Under the pieces are notes generated by a model. It searched no databases. It was not told where the DNA came from and worked only from the letters and a program-made list of their open reading frames with translations. A program made the position numbers and the translations under genes. This document shows positions 37,565-46,946 of a stretch of DNA of 64,000 nt, piece by piece (position 1 is the first letter of the stretch; the number at the start of each line of letters is the position of its first letter). Source of the stretch: Phycisphaerae bacterium (GTDB lineage: Bacteria; Planctomycetota; Phycisphaerae; Sedimentisphaerales; Anaerobacaceae); the NCBI GenBank assembly GCA_030601845.1, contig JAUWAY010000008.1, forward strand, positions 2,185 to 66,184, in the 5' to 3' direction.

Positions 37565-37937
37565 AACTATAATGTTACCACCAAAAATCTAACTGACATT
37601 ACCTATTTAGTTTTAGGGCCTCTAACAAAAGTATTTGTATTTATGGTGCGCCTCTTACACACAGATACCATTATAAAAGCCGAACAAAATAAAGAAAGGG
37701 GTTTCATAACCGCTACTTCTCATTCCGACTTTTGCGACGAAACTGCTAAAGGCAATACAATTATATGTAATTCAAGCTGCCACGCAATCAATTACAGGGC
37801 AAAATATTGCCTTTTGGCGCAAATCCTGTAATAATACTGGGTATGGAAAAGGCCGATATACCGGTTGGAAATCACAGGGATTTCGCTGTAGAATAAGTTG
37901 TCGTGTTTTGGAAACGGATTTAATTAGGAGATAACAG

Positions 37938-38438
37938 ATGAACAGATTTGCTTTAATCATTGCGCTAACGACTTTGCTTGTTTCAACAAGCGCATTTTCC
38001 CAGAGGCCCGGCGAGTTCAGAGGCCGACCCCAAGAGGATATTGAACACCAGAGGCGTCTGCGCAATATGGAGATGGGACTGCGAGGGCGTCACGCCGAGC
38101 TGGAGGAGCGCGAAGCGGAGCTGGAGGAAGTCGGAGCGGTACTGCGGCGGCGAGAAGCAGAACTTGATAGGCATAAGATGGGATTGGACCACCATCGAAG
38201 GGCACAAGGACATCCGGCTTGTTGCCCGCACCACCGCAAAGGAGCAATAGTTCCACTTCTCATCATCTGTTTCGTTGTCCACATCCTTGTGTCGGTTTGG
38301 GTTTACCAAGATATACGTCGGCGTAAGTCCGGTTCCGGTATATGGATAGTGGTCGCGCTTCTGACCGGGCTGTTCGGGGCATTGGTATACGCCATCGTTC
38401 GCGTTGGTGACATTCGCCGGGAGGAATCGGCAGGGTAA
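37938..38438 (+). CDS. small secreted/membrane protein: coiled coil plus PLDc_N-like double-TM tail
   Basis: Signal peptide, RHAELEEREAELEEVGAVLRRREAELDRH, His/Cys patch HPACCPHHRK, and C-terminal WVYQDIRRRKSGSGIWIVVALLTGLFGALVYAIVR. Confidence 0.55.
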   Translation: MNRFALIIALTTLLVSTSAFSQRPGEFRGRPQEDIEHQRRLRNMEMGLRGRHAELEEREAELEEVGAVLRRREAELDRHKMGLDHHRRAQGHPACCPHHRKGAIVPLLIICFVVHILVSVWVYQDIRRRKSGSGIWIVVALLTGLFGALVYAIVRVGDIRREESAG

Positions 38439-38452
38439 AACAACGGCAGGCC

Positions 38453-38508
38453 TCGGCAAAGTAATCCTCAGGGGTCCCAAACGCGATGGATAGCGTTTGG
38501 GGAACCCT
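38453..38508. repeat. REP-like palindrome (CCCAAACGC-N8-GCGTTTGGG), possible terminator of the 37938 gene
   Basis: Stem 38476..38484 / 38493..38501. The left flank cggcaaagtaatcctcaggggtcccaaa matches 29495..29522 at 25/28 positions. Both copies start 16-24 nt after a plus-strand stop codon. Confidence 0.7.
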
Positions 38509-38578
38509 CAACTAATTCGTCGCTCGGTGCCGGATGCTCGACGTTCGTAAGAGAGAAATTGAGTATCGAGATTGATAA

Positions 38579-39586
38579 ATGGGTAGAGCTCTCAGTAAGT
38601 TTGCTGCGGCGGCGGTAATTTACGCCGGCTTCGCGGTCTATCTCTATCAGCCGCATTTCAAAAACTTTGATAAACTACAATACCTTATGCTCGTAAACGC
38701 AGCCCTGGCGTCTCTGGGCTGTTTCGTGCTGAGCCGGCGATGGGTAGCTTCGTTTGCCGGTTCATTTTTTGCCGGAGCAATCTACGGCTTTGGGCCATTT
38801 TCACTTGGGCTGGCTGGTTACCACCCGCTGGCAGGTCTTTTAGCTGCGGCGGTGCCATGGCTGTTCTGTCCTGCTGTGTTCGGGCCTAAGGGCAAATGGC
38901 AATGGCTGCGGATACCACTTTCGGCTCTGCCGTTTCTGGCAATGGTGGCATTGTTCCAGGTATTGACCTACTACCGCTTATTTGTCATTCCAACGCAGAG
39001 CAGACTGCATTTTGCCGATTTAGCCGGCCTGTTGGCTCCGCTTGTTATGGCAGGCAGAACTCCGTCTCTGCTCGGCTTTTACCATATCCCAATAGCAGCA
39101 TTATTGATGGGCGCTTCGATGCTGTTAGCGGCTCGGCGATTCGGCGTAATGGCAATTTTTGCTCTTGGCACCATATTGGCCTTTTGCAAGCCCTTCTTTA
39201 ACGTCAGCCCGATTATCTGGCTGGCTATTCCTGTCGTGTGCTGCTCGGCCCTTGCAGGTGTAGGGATGCAGGGACTTGTCTCAGCTGGCTCTGCCGACAG
39301 AAAATGGATCCTCTTAACCGCAATAATTATGGGCACGCTCGCTATTGTAACACTACTTTTCGCCACAAAATACTTTCAGGTTTTCGCAGGTCTTGCGTCA
39401 GGATACGCCCGGCTTTTCGTTCAAACCGCTGTGATGTACGTGCTCGGCGCAATTGCAGCAGCTATCATCTTCTTTATGGCTCGTGCAAAACTGCGTCTGC
39501 AACCGCTGCGGTGGGCTATTCTCTGTACAGCTACTGCGGTCGATATATTCTTCGGCGCAACGTTTATCATTGACAGGATTCTGTGA
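38579..39586 (+). CDS. polytopic membrane protein, function unknown
   Basis: 335 aa with about 9 hydrophobic helices. No family recognised. Confidence 0.6.
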   Translation: MGRALSKFAAAAVIYAGFAVYLYQPHFKNFDKLQYLMLVNAALASLGCFVLSRRWVASFAGSFFAGAIYGFGPFSLGLAGYHPLAGLLAAAVPWLFCPAVFGPKGKWQWLRIPLSALPFLAMVALFQVLTYYRLFVIPTQSRLHFADLAGLLAPLVMAGRTPSLLGFYHIPIAALLMGASMLLAARRFGVMAIFALGTILAFCKPFFNVSPIIWLAIPVVCCSALAGVGMQGLVSAGSADRKWILLTAIIMGTLAIVTLLFATKYFQVFAGLASGYARLFVQTAVMYVLGAIAAAIIFFMARAKLRLQPLRWAILCTATAVDIFFGATFIIDRIL

Positions 39587-39635
39587 ATCCACCCTCCGTA
39601 GCAGAGCTACTGCGGAGGACAGGTCGAGTCACGGG

Positions 39636-39923
39636 TCACGAGCTGAAGGTTTCGCGTTCGATTTGGCCGAGGTAGAATCGACCATCTTTGCGCATAAAAT
39701 CAATGATGGTATCAAACTGCTGGTCTATGTAGCGAACTTCGTTGCTGACCATTGCGACGGCGATAACCGCAGATGTTTTATTGTCCTGATGGTCAACCTC
39801 GGCGATGGAGATATTGAACCTGCTTTTCAATCGGCCGATTAAGCTCTTGACAATACTTCGCTTTTCCTTCAGCGACTTTACCCCCTGCATATGCAATCGC
39901 GCTTTGAGCAATCCAGCAATCAT
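39636..39923 (-). CDS. DUF503 (YlxP-like) protein
   Basis: MIAGLLKARLHMQGVKSLKEKRSIVKSLIGRLKSRFNISIAEVDHQD is the typical DUF503 pattern. The ATG at 39923 is preferred over the TTG at 39935. Confidence 0.8.
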   Translation of the reverse strand: MIAGLLKARLHMQGVKSLKEKRSIVKSLIGRLKSRFNISIAEVDHQDNKTSAVIAVAMVSNEVRYIDQQFDTIIDFMRKDGRFYLGQIERETFSS

Positions 39924-40212
39924 TATGTAACCCAAGAACTTTGAAGTGCCTAAAGTTTGGAGTGTCTAAAGTGCCTAAAATGTTTACGACTCTCGTTTAA
40001 GGTTGTGGATGCTCGTATCGAAGCTCGTAATAGAAGCTCGAAGCTTGTTTTTTCCAGCTTCCAGCGTCGGGAATCAAGCTTCGATACCAGCTTCGACACC
40101 AACAAACGAGTTTCTTTAACTTTAGCTCACTTTTATTTTCTTTATGGCTAAATTATAGGTTCTGGATGAAAAATCCGAAATAAGTATTATAAGTAATTTG
40201 GGAAAATTTTTG

Positions 40213-40240
40213 TTGCAATATGCGTTGTTTTTGCTAAAAT
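40213..40240 (+). promoter_or_regulatory. sigma70-like promoter for rpmE
   Basis: TTGCAA (40213..40218), 16-nt spacer, TGcTAAAAT extended -10 (40232..40240), about 34 nt upstream of the rpmE ATG. Confidence 0.45.
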
Positions 40241-40273
40241 GTGGTGTTTTAGGTATTTCGGAGAGCTGTAGAT

Positions 40274-40507
40274 ATGAAAAAAGGAATACATCCAGAATAC
40301 GATAAGGTTATGGTTCATTGCGGCTGTGGCAATACGTTCCAGACCCGCAGTACCGTCAAAGAGATCCGGGCGGAGATATGCTCGATGTGCCATCCGTTCT
40401 ACACCGGCAAACAGAAGTATATTGATACCGCCGGTCGAATAGAGCGATTCCAGAAGAAATACGGCACAGATTACCTCAAGAAGGCCAAAAAAGACCAACA
40501 ACAATAG
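40274..40507 (+). CDS. rpmE: 50S ribosomal protein L31 (Zn-ribbon type)
   Basis: [39 protein letters not shown]. Confidence 0.95.
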   Translation: MKKGIHPEYDKVMVHCGCGNTFQTRSTVKEIRAEICSMCHPFYTGKQKYIDTAGRIERFQKKYGTDYLKKAKKDQQQ

Positions 40508-40609
40508 CTTATTTCCTGTGTATAATAGCGTGTGGCGTTTGGCGTTTAGTTTCCCTTTTCTATCCGCTATCTGCTATCCGCTATTTTTTACTTTCAGAGG
40601 ACCGTATTT

Positions 40610-41698
40610 ATGGCTGAGGAAACAGACTCACTTTTAGTTAAACTCCAAGAAATTGAGCAGCGTTACAACGAAATCGAGTCGTTAATCAGCGACCCGGCCG
40701 TTGTAGATGATTCTGCCAGACTGGTATCGCTATCCAAAGAGCAGGGCAAGCTGAAAACAATCGTTACAAAATACCGCGAATATAAAACAACGATAGCGGG
40801 CATTGAAGACGCCAGAGAGATATTAGAGGATAATACGGCCGATGAAGATTTCAGGGCTCTGGCGCAAGAAGAACTCAGGCAGCTTGAAGAGAAGAAAAAC
40901 AGCTTGCTGGAAGAAATCAAGGACACATTAGTGATGGCCGAGGAGAAGGGTGTCGATTCGGTGATAATGGAAATCCGAGCGGGTACCGGCGGGGAAGAAG
41001 CGGCTTTGTTCGCGCGGGACTTATACAATATGTACACAAAATACGCTGAGGGCCGGAAATGGAAGGTTGAGCAACTTCATTTCAGTGGCACTGAGATGGG
41101 CGGATTTCGCGAGGTTATATTCAACGTTAAAGGCCCTGGCGTATGGTCGCAATTACACTACGAGGGCGGCGGCCACCGCGTCCAAAGAGTGCCGGAAACC
41201 GAATCACAGGGCAGAATTCATACCTCAGCGGCAACAGTAGCAGTGTTAGCTGAGCCGGAAGAACTCGATATTCAGATAGGGGCCGGTGATGTTGTCGAAC
41301 GCGTAAGCAGGTCAAGCGGGCCGGGGGGACAAAGTGTTAACAAACTCAGTAGTGCCGTTAGGCTCGAGCATATCCCAACGGGAATTACCGTTAGTATGCA
41401 GGACGAGAAGAGTCAGCATAAGAATCGCGCCAAGGCCTGGCGGATTTTAAGAAGCAGGATTTATGAATACTACGAGGGCCAGAAAAGGGCCAAGCGGGAC
41501 CGGCAACGCAAGACTATGATTGGCTCAGGCGACAGGTCTCAAAAGATAAGGACGTATAATTTCCCGCAAAATCGCCTGACCGACCACAGAATTAAGCTGT
41601 CGCTTTACAGTCTGGATAAGATAATAGCCGGCGATATGGGTGAAGTGATTGCAGCACTACAGAGTTACGACAGACAGCAACGATTGAATAACTTATAA
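40610..41698 (+). CDS. prfA: peptide chain release factor 1
   Basis: P-x-T tripeptide region [17 protein letters not shown] and SGPGGQSVN (GGQ). 362 aa. Confidence 0.95.
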   Translation: MAEETDSLLVKLQEIEQRYNEIESLISDPAVVDDSARLVSLSKEQGKLKTIVTKYREYKTTIAGIEDAREILEDNTADEDFRALAQEELRQLEEKKNSLLEEIKDTLVMAEEKGVDSVIMEIRAGTGGEEAALFARDLYNMYTKYAEGRKWKVEQLHFSGTEMGGFREVIFNVKGPGVWSQLHYEGGGHRVQRVPETESQGRIHTSAATVAVLAEPEELDIQIGAGDVVERVSRSSGPGGQSVNKLSSAVRLEHIPTGITVSMQDEKSQHKNRAKAWRILRSRIYEYYEGQKRAKRDRQRKTMIGSGDRSQKIRTYNFPQNRLTDHRIKLSLYSLDKIIAGDMGEVIAALQSYDRQQRLNNL

Positions 41699-41815
41699 CT
41701 TTTTTCATTTTGAGAACTGTGGGAAAAAATGGTTGCAGCGTCACAAAAAAGGCTCCCGACCCCTCTAATTTCCCCCTTTAATTTCCCCCTTAATTTTCCT
41801 TTTAGGAGTGATACT

Positions 41816-42433
41816 ATGAGAGCTGGAAAAATTTTGTCAAAGATACTGATCTTTCTCGGGGGTGTATTTACCGGTTTTGCCATCATAATTGCGATCGGGG
41901 CAATCATTGATTATCTGTGTCCGGAGATGGCCTTGAAATTGACAAACAATCCCACCAGGATATTCGGGTCAGTAAAGGTGTGGGTACAGAAACCTCCGCC
42001 CTCTGAAAGGACACACCCTCTTATTCAGGGAAAGGTGCACAAGGAACTCTGGATGATGGTGGATGATGAACCATTGGTTTTAGTAATTCAAGGTCCCGAT
42101 GGGCAGATCAATGATTTTCACCTGTTAAAGAACGAAGAGCAGGCGATTCTAAGTATGACGCGTTCGGGCTCTTCAGGTAAGTGGGGTCCGGTCTACTACG
42201 GTGAGGGTGGAAGCAAGGGTGTTCCCCAGGGAGATGTTTATGTGGATATTGATTTTGACGGGCGGTTCGATTGTAAGCTTACTATCGCTAACAATGGTGA
42301 ATTACGCTCTCGTTATATATATGTTGATAACATTTTAGTAGAGGTTGACGACTTTAGTATCCGCAAGAGGAGCGCAAAAATAGGATCAACTGAATACCTG
42401 TTTAGTTTGGAGTCAGGCTGGCACAAAAAGTAG
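41816..42433 (+). CDS. membrane-anchored hypothetical protein
   Basis: AGGAG lies 8 nt upstream of the ATG at 41816. N-terminal TM helix ILIFLGGVFTGFAIIIAIGAII, then a beta-rich domain. Flanked by inverted 20-nt repeats. Confidence 0.55.
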   Translation: MRAGKILSKILIFLGGVFTGFAIIIAIGAIIDYLCPEMALKLTNNPTRIFGSVKVWVQKPPPSERTHPLIQGKVHKELWMMVDDEPLVLVIQGPDGQINDFHLLKNEEQAILSMTRSGSSGKWGPVYYGEGGSKGVPQGDVYVDIDFDGRFDCKLTIANNGELRSRYIYVDNILVEVDDFSIRKRSAKIGSTEYLFSLESGWHKK

Positions 42434-42470
42434 TTGTTTAGGCAATCGTACAAGCGTCATCAACAACGAA

Positions 42471-42656
42471 CTAAAGGGGTCGGGAGCCTTTTTTGGGTTT
42501 TTTTCTCGGTCTTCCTCTTGGTCGCAGCGCTGATGTCAGTTCCAATCGTGTGACGGTTTGTGTCACCCATTGGTCACTGCCATACGGACGGCCGCGTTTA
42601 GTACAGTTGGTCAGTTTTTGTCGGTTACGATCAGGCAAAGATTCATTTGCCAACCG
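42471..42656 (-). pseudogene. 3'-terminal fragment of a Y1 (IS200/RayT-like) transposase gene
   Basis: ...TKRGRPYGSDQWVTQTVTRLELTSALRPRGRPRKKPKKGSRPL* resembles the conserved C-terminal tail of REP-associated tyrosine transposase-like proteins. No catalytic N-terminal part is present. Confidence 0.55.
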
Positions 42657-42719
42657 GAGGGTTATTGTATATCGTAACAGTTCGCGAGCTTTTTGGTACA
42701 TTGTAAGATCGGATTGGAT

Positions 42720-43805
42720 ATGATTGTTGTTGTTACCGGGATGGTTGGCGTTGACAAGAAAAGCTATCTTCAGAGAGTCTGTCAATTCGCTGCTGAGAGA
42801 GACAAAGAGGTGCTTCTGTGCAATGTCGGTGAAGCGATGTACGCCGAGGCGCCTGATATACCGGACGGTAAAATCCTGGACATACCAATGAAAAGGCTGA
42901 ATTCGCTTCGGCGCAGCGTTTTCAAAGACATTATTGTAAAAGCCGATAAGGCCCCCAACCTAATTGTCAATACTCACGCCACTTTCCGCTGGCGGCACGG
43001 TTTGTTTCCTGCGGTGGACTTCGACCAGATGCGCCAGCTCGGCGCCGATATGTATATCTGTCTGATTGACGGCGTAATTGCCCTGCACACCCGGCTCACC
43101 GGTGAACACTCTATCGAACACAGTTTGAAAGATTTAATTGTCTGGCGGGAAGAGGAAATTATCGGCACGGAAATGCTGTGCAAAGGCATAGACGAAAAGG
43201 TGCCTTTTTACTGCCTTGCTCGCGGCGCCGGAGAGGAAACTATCGAAACGTTCTACGGACTGGTCTTTGACGGCCTAATCAAAAAAGTGTATTTGGGTTT
43301 TCCTATGACCGCGGTCGGCGATATGGAAGATGTCAAAAAGCAAATTGACGACTTTCGTCAATCGATGAAACGACTCTTTATCTGCTTCGACCCGGGTGAT
43401 TTGGAAGAATCATATTTGCCGTATAAGGCCCGACAGGCGGTCCGGAAGGGACTGGATTTCGTGGAGGTGCCGGCTCTGGGACAAACAGTCCGATTGGATT
43501 TACGCCAGGTTCAGCAGATTGAACGCGATATTAACAGCCAAATATACGCGCGTGATTTTATGCTGATTGACCAGTCGGATATGATAATCAGCTTTATTCC
43601 GACACTGCCCGACGGGCGAGCTGCGATATCCAGCGGAGTGGAAAGAGAACTCCAGCACGCTCACGAAGCAGCCAAAGAAGTATATGTCATCTGGACGGCA
43701 AAGCAAAGGCCTTCGGTGTTTATTACACAAACAGCAACAAAAGTCTTTGACAACCTTACCAGCACGGTAGAGTTTTTCAAAAAGAAAAGATACATAAAAA
43801 AGTGA
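42720..43805 (+). CDS. fusion protein: archaeal-adenylate-kinase-like N-domain plus nucleoside 2-deoxyribosyltransferase-like C-domain
   Basis: N-domain: IVVVTGMVGVDKKS (degenerate P-loop), LIVNTHATFRWRHGLFP, YICLIDGVIALHTRL. C-domain: VYLGFPMT, ARDFMLIDQSDMIISFIP, SSGVERELQHAHEAAKEVYVIW. The stop overlaps the deoC GTG (GTGA). Confidence 0.7.
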   Translation: MIVVVTGMVGVDKKSYLQRVCQFAAERDKEVLLCNVGEAMYAEAPDIPDGKILDIPMKRLNSLRRSVFKDIIVKADKAPNLIVNTHATFRWRHGLFPAVDFDQMRQLGADMYICLIDGVIALHTRLTGEHSIEHSLKDLIVWREEEIIGTEMLCKGIDEKVPFYCLARGAGEETIETFYGLVFDGLIKKVYLGFPMTAVGDMEDVKKQIDDFRQSMKRLFICFDPGDLEESYLPYKARQAVRKGLDFVEVPALGQTVRLDLRQVQQIERDINSQIYARDFMLIDQSDMIISFIPTLPDGRAAISSGVERELQHAHEAAKEVYVIWTAKQRPSVFITQTATKVFDNLTSTVEFFKKKRYIKK

Positions 43806-44497
43806 CAGTCACGGATGAAAAACAATTGGCGGGGTGTATTGACCATACGCTGCTCGATGTTGCGGCAACAAAAGAGCAAATCAAACAGCTATGCCAGGAG
43901 GCGCAAGGATATGGGTTTTATTCGGTATGTGTGAATCCTCGCTGGGTGGCTTTGGCGGCAGAGCAGTTAGCCGGCTCATCAAAAGTAAAAGTGTGCGGTG
44001 TAATAAGTTTTCCGCTCGGCGCCGATTCGACCAAAATCAAAGCTGCTGCGGCCAGGGATGCCATCTTTGCCGGAGCCGATGAGATTGATATGGTTGTTGA
44101 TTTGGCAGCGATAGTCGATGGCGACTCGAAATATCTGACAGAGCAATTGCGGGCGGTATTGGGTGTTTGCCGCTCGATGAGGCCAAGGGTCACGCTTAAG
44201 GTGATAATCGAGTCGGCGGCTCTGAGCAAAGAACAAAAGGAATTTATCTGCCGAATCGCAGAAGCGTGCGGCGTTGATTTTATAAAGACAAGCACAGGCC
44301 TGCACCCTGCCGGCGGAGCGACAGTCGAGGATATAAAGCTAATCAAGCAAACGGCGCCAACTTGTAAGGTAAAGGCAGCCGGCGGAATCAAGACCGCAAA
44401 ACAGGCCATTGAAATGTTAGAGGCAGGGGCGCAAAGAATAGGCACTTCCTCAGGGGTGCAGATTATAAACCAGTTCAGGGCGGGAGAACTACAATGA
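43802..44497 (+). CDS. deoC: deoxyribose-phosphate aldolase
   Basis: IDHTLL, SVCVNPRWV, FPLG, GADEIDMV, Schiff-base Lys in DFIKTSTG, KAAGGI. Confidence 0.93.
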   Translation: MTVTDEKQLAGCIDHTLLDVAATKEQIKQLCQEAQGYGFYSVCVNPRWVALAAEQLAGSSKVKVCGVISFPLGADSTKIKAAAARDAIFAGADEIDMVVDLAAIVDGDSKYLTEQLRAVLGVCRSMRPRVTLKVIIESAALSKEQKEFICRIAEACGVDFIKTSTGLHPAGGATVEDIKLIKQTAPTCKVKAAGGIKTAKQAIEMLEAGAQRIGTSSGVQIINQFRAGELQ

Positions 44498-46020
44498 CGA
44501 CAGGTACAGTCGTCGGGACAGATAAAAGTATTGTTTGCAAGCTGCACTATAAAAAAATCTGCGCACCAATAAATGTGCCGGCTCTAAACGAGATATTTGC
44601 CGGACGTAAATCGGCGTCAATTCTTGGCGGTAATGCGGCCAAGGCAAATGCAGACGGATTCAGCTATTGGGCTGCCGAACCAAAAGAAGTATTTGAATTC
44701 GGAGCGGGACAAAAAGAGCCGTTCAAAAAGCTACAGCGAGCTCTGGATAAATACAAACTCAAGCAAGATTTCAATCTGGATTCCCGCTTGTGCGGGAATG
44801 ACAAAAGTGGCGAAGAAGAGATTCTTCGCTTCGCTCAGAATGACAAGGGGGCTAACGGTTTGCCGAAAGGGATTTTTTGCGGCGGATGGGTCGGGTTCTT
44901 TAGCTATGAACTCGGCAGGTATATCGAGCGGTTGCTGAAGACAACAATAAATGACCTGAAAATGCCACTGATTCGATTGTGCTTCTACGACCGCCTTATT
45001 GCCTACGACCACATTGACCGAAGCTATTGGCTAATTGCCTTGCAGTTAGCGAATGATATTGAAAAGCCGGAGGAAAAATTAGCTGCCCTGGAGCGGTTGT
45101 TGGCTAAAGCCCAGGAAACTTCTATACCACCGCCTGCACCTGCCGACCTTGATAACATAGATTTCTCGCAAATTCGATGCAATATGGATAAAGATTATTA
45201 CCTGCAGACGGTCGAGAAAATAAAACGCTATATCTACGACGGTGATGTTTACCAGATTAACTTTTCACAGCGATTTGAATGTGATTACGATGCCAGACCC
45301 ATAGACCTTTTCCACTGGCAGAACCGTTACAACCCGAGCGGATATGCGGCGTACATCGACGGCGGCAGTTTCCATATCGTCAGCGCCTCGCCTGAGATGT
45401 TTATAACGATTGCCGATGGCATTATCCGAACCAAGCCGATTAAAGGCACCCGGCCGCGAATCAATGAAAATCGCCCCGCTGGTTCACAGGCAAAGCAAAT
45501 CAATAAAAAAAGTTTCGATGAACTGGTCCGCAGCGAAAAAGAGCAGGCGGAGCTGAATATGATAATTGACCTGGAGCGCAACGACATAGCTAAAATCTGC
45601 GAACCTGGGACAAGGAAAGTGGTTCAGCCGAGGACAATAGAGCTATATCCGACAGTCTTTCATGCTGTGGCAACCATAGCCGGCCAGCTTCGCAACAAAA
45701 TTACATTCTGCGATTGTCTTATGGCAATGTTCCCGGGCGGTTCCATTACCGGCGCTCCGAAAATCCGCTCGATGGAAATCATCGACGAAACCGAGCCGAC
45801 AGAAAGGGGCGTTTATACCGGCGGCATCGGCTTTATCGGTATCGATGGAAGTGTCTGCTTGAATATTGCTATACGAACGATTATTATCAAAGACCAAAAG
45901 GCCTTTGCGCAAACCGGCGGCGGCATAGTCGCAGACTCAAACGCAGAAGCCGAATGGGAAGAGACAATTACAAAAGCAAGAGCACTGCTGGCAGGAATAA
46001 ATAGCGTGACGCGTAAATGA
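44494..46020 (+). CDS. pabB: aminodeoxychorismate synthase component I
   Basis: Chorismate-binding motifs: GDVYQINFSQ, SASPEMF, IKGTRPR, EKEQAELNMIIDLERND, PGGSITGAPK, ERGVYTGGIGF. Followed by a class IV aminotransferase (pabC). The ATGA overlaps the deoC stop. Confidence 0.88.
   Translation: MTTGTVVGTDKSIVCKLHYKKICAPINVPALNEIFAGRKSASILGGNAAKANADGFSYWAAEPKEVFEFGAGQKEPFKKLQRALDKYKLKQDFNLDSRLCGNDKSGEEEILRFAQNDKGANGLPKGIFCGGWVGFFSYELGRYIERLLKTTINDLKMPLIRLCFYDRLIAYDHIDRSYWLIALQLANDIEKPEEKLAALERLLAKAQETSIPPPAPADLDNIDFSQIRCNMDKDYYLQTVEKIKRYIYDGDVYQINFSQRFECDYDARPIDLFHWQNRYNPSGYAAYIDGGSFHIVSASPEMFITIADGIIRTKPIKGTRPRINENRPAGSQAKQINKKSFDELVRSEKEQAELNMIIDLERNDIAKICEPGTRKVVQPRTIELYPTVFHAVATIAGQLRNKITFCDCLMAMFPGGSITGAPKIRSMEIIDETEPTERGVYTGGIGFIGIDGSVCLNIAIRTIIIKDQKAFAQTGGGIVADSNAEAEWEETITKARALLAGINSVTRK
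44776..44848. repeat. palindromic repeat unit inserted in frame inside pabB
   Basis: ctggattcccgcttgtgcgggaatgacaaaagtggcgaagaagagattcttcgcttcgctcagaatgacaag encodes LDSRLCGNDKSGEEEILRFAQNDK. Same family as 5799..5873. Confidence 0.7.
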
Positions 46021-46082
46021 GTAAATGCGTGAATGAGTTAACGCATCAACGCATTTACGCATAAACACATCAACGAGATAAG

Positions 46083-46946
46083 ATGGCACAAAAAGTTTTT
46101 TTAAATGATAGGTTAGTCGATATCAACAAGGCCTGTGTATCCGTTACCGATAGCGGGTTTTTGTATGGAGCAGGTCTTTTTGAGACGATGCGAAGCTGCA
46201 ACGGAGTGGTCTTTGCGCTGAAGGACCATCTTGATAGATTGTTTTTCAGCGCAAGCTCTTTATCAATAAAAAATACTTATGACAGAAAATATATCACCGA
46301 CGCAATCTACAAGGTCCTGCAGGCAAATAAATTAGCCGATGCACGTCTGCGGCTGACGTTGACCGGCGGCCCAATGGTCGAATCGGACGAACAACGCAAG
46401 GCAACACTGCTTATCACCGCCGCGAAATTGCAGCCCTATCCAGCCGAATACTACAAAAACGGCGTTCTGGTGGTGCTTTGCCAGTTTAAGCAAAACCCAA
46501 GCGAGCCGATTTACGGACACAAAACGACAAGCTATTTCTCGCGTATGATTGGACTAAATCTGGCACATCAAAAAAGAGCAGCGGAGGCATTGTGGTTTAC
46601 CGTGGACAATCGCCTGGCTGAGGGGTGTATAAGCAATGTCTTTCTGGTCAAAGATTCGATTCTCTATACTCCGCCGATTGGGACGCCGGTACTCGCAGGC
46701 GTGGCGAGAAAGACTGTCTGCGAAATTGCCATAAAAAATTCCATCAAACTGGTCGAAAAAGACCTGTCCATAGACGACTTACTGGCCGCCGATGAGATTT
46801 TTCTGACGAATGTGATTATGCAGATTATGCCGGTAAGGGCGGTGGAAAAACATACGGTAGGTGACGGCAAGCCCGGGGCGATGACTGAAAAACTGCAAAA
46901 GAATTTCGATGAGTTTGTTAAGGACGAGTGCAGGAAAAGCAAATGA
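46083..46946 (+). CDS. pabC: aminotransferase class IV (4-amino-4-deoxychorismate lyase)
   Basis: Fold-type IV pattern: GFLYGAGLFETMR, LRLTLTGG, KTTSY, EGCISNVF, GVAR. Adjacent to pabB. Confidence 0.82.
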   Translation: MAQKVFLNDRLVDINKACVSVTDSGFLYGAGLFETMRSCNGVVFALKDHLDRLFFSASSLSIKNTYDRKYITDAIYKVLQANKLADARLRLTLTGGPMVESDEQRKATLLITAAKLQPYPAEYYKNGVLVVLCQFKQNPSEPIYGHKTTSYFSRMIGLNLAHQKRAAEALWFTVDNRLAEGCISNVFLVKDSILYTPPIGTPVLAGVARKTVCEIAIKNSIKLVEKDLSIDDLLAADEIFLTNVIMQIMPVRAVEKHTVGDGKPGAMTEKLQKNFDEFVKDECRKSK

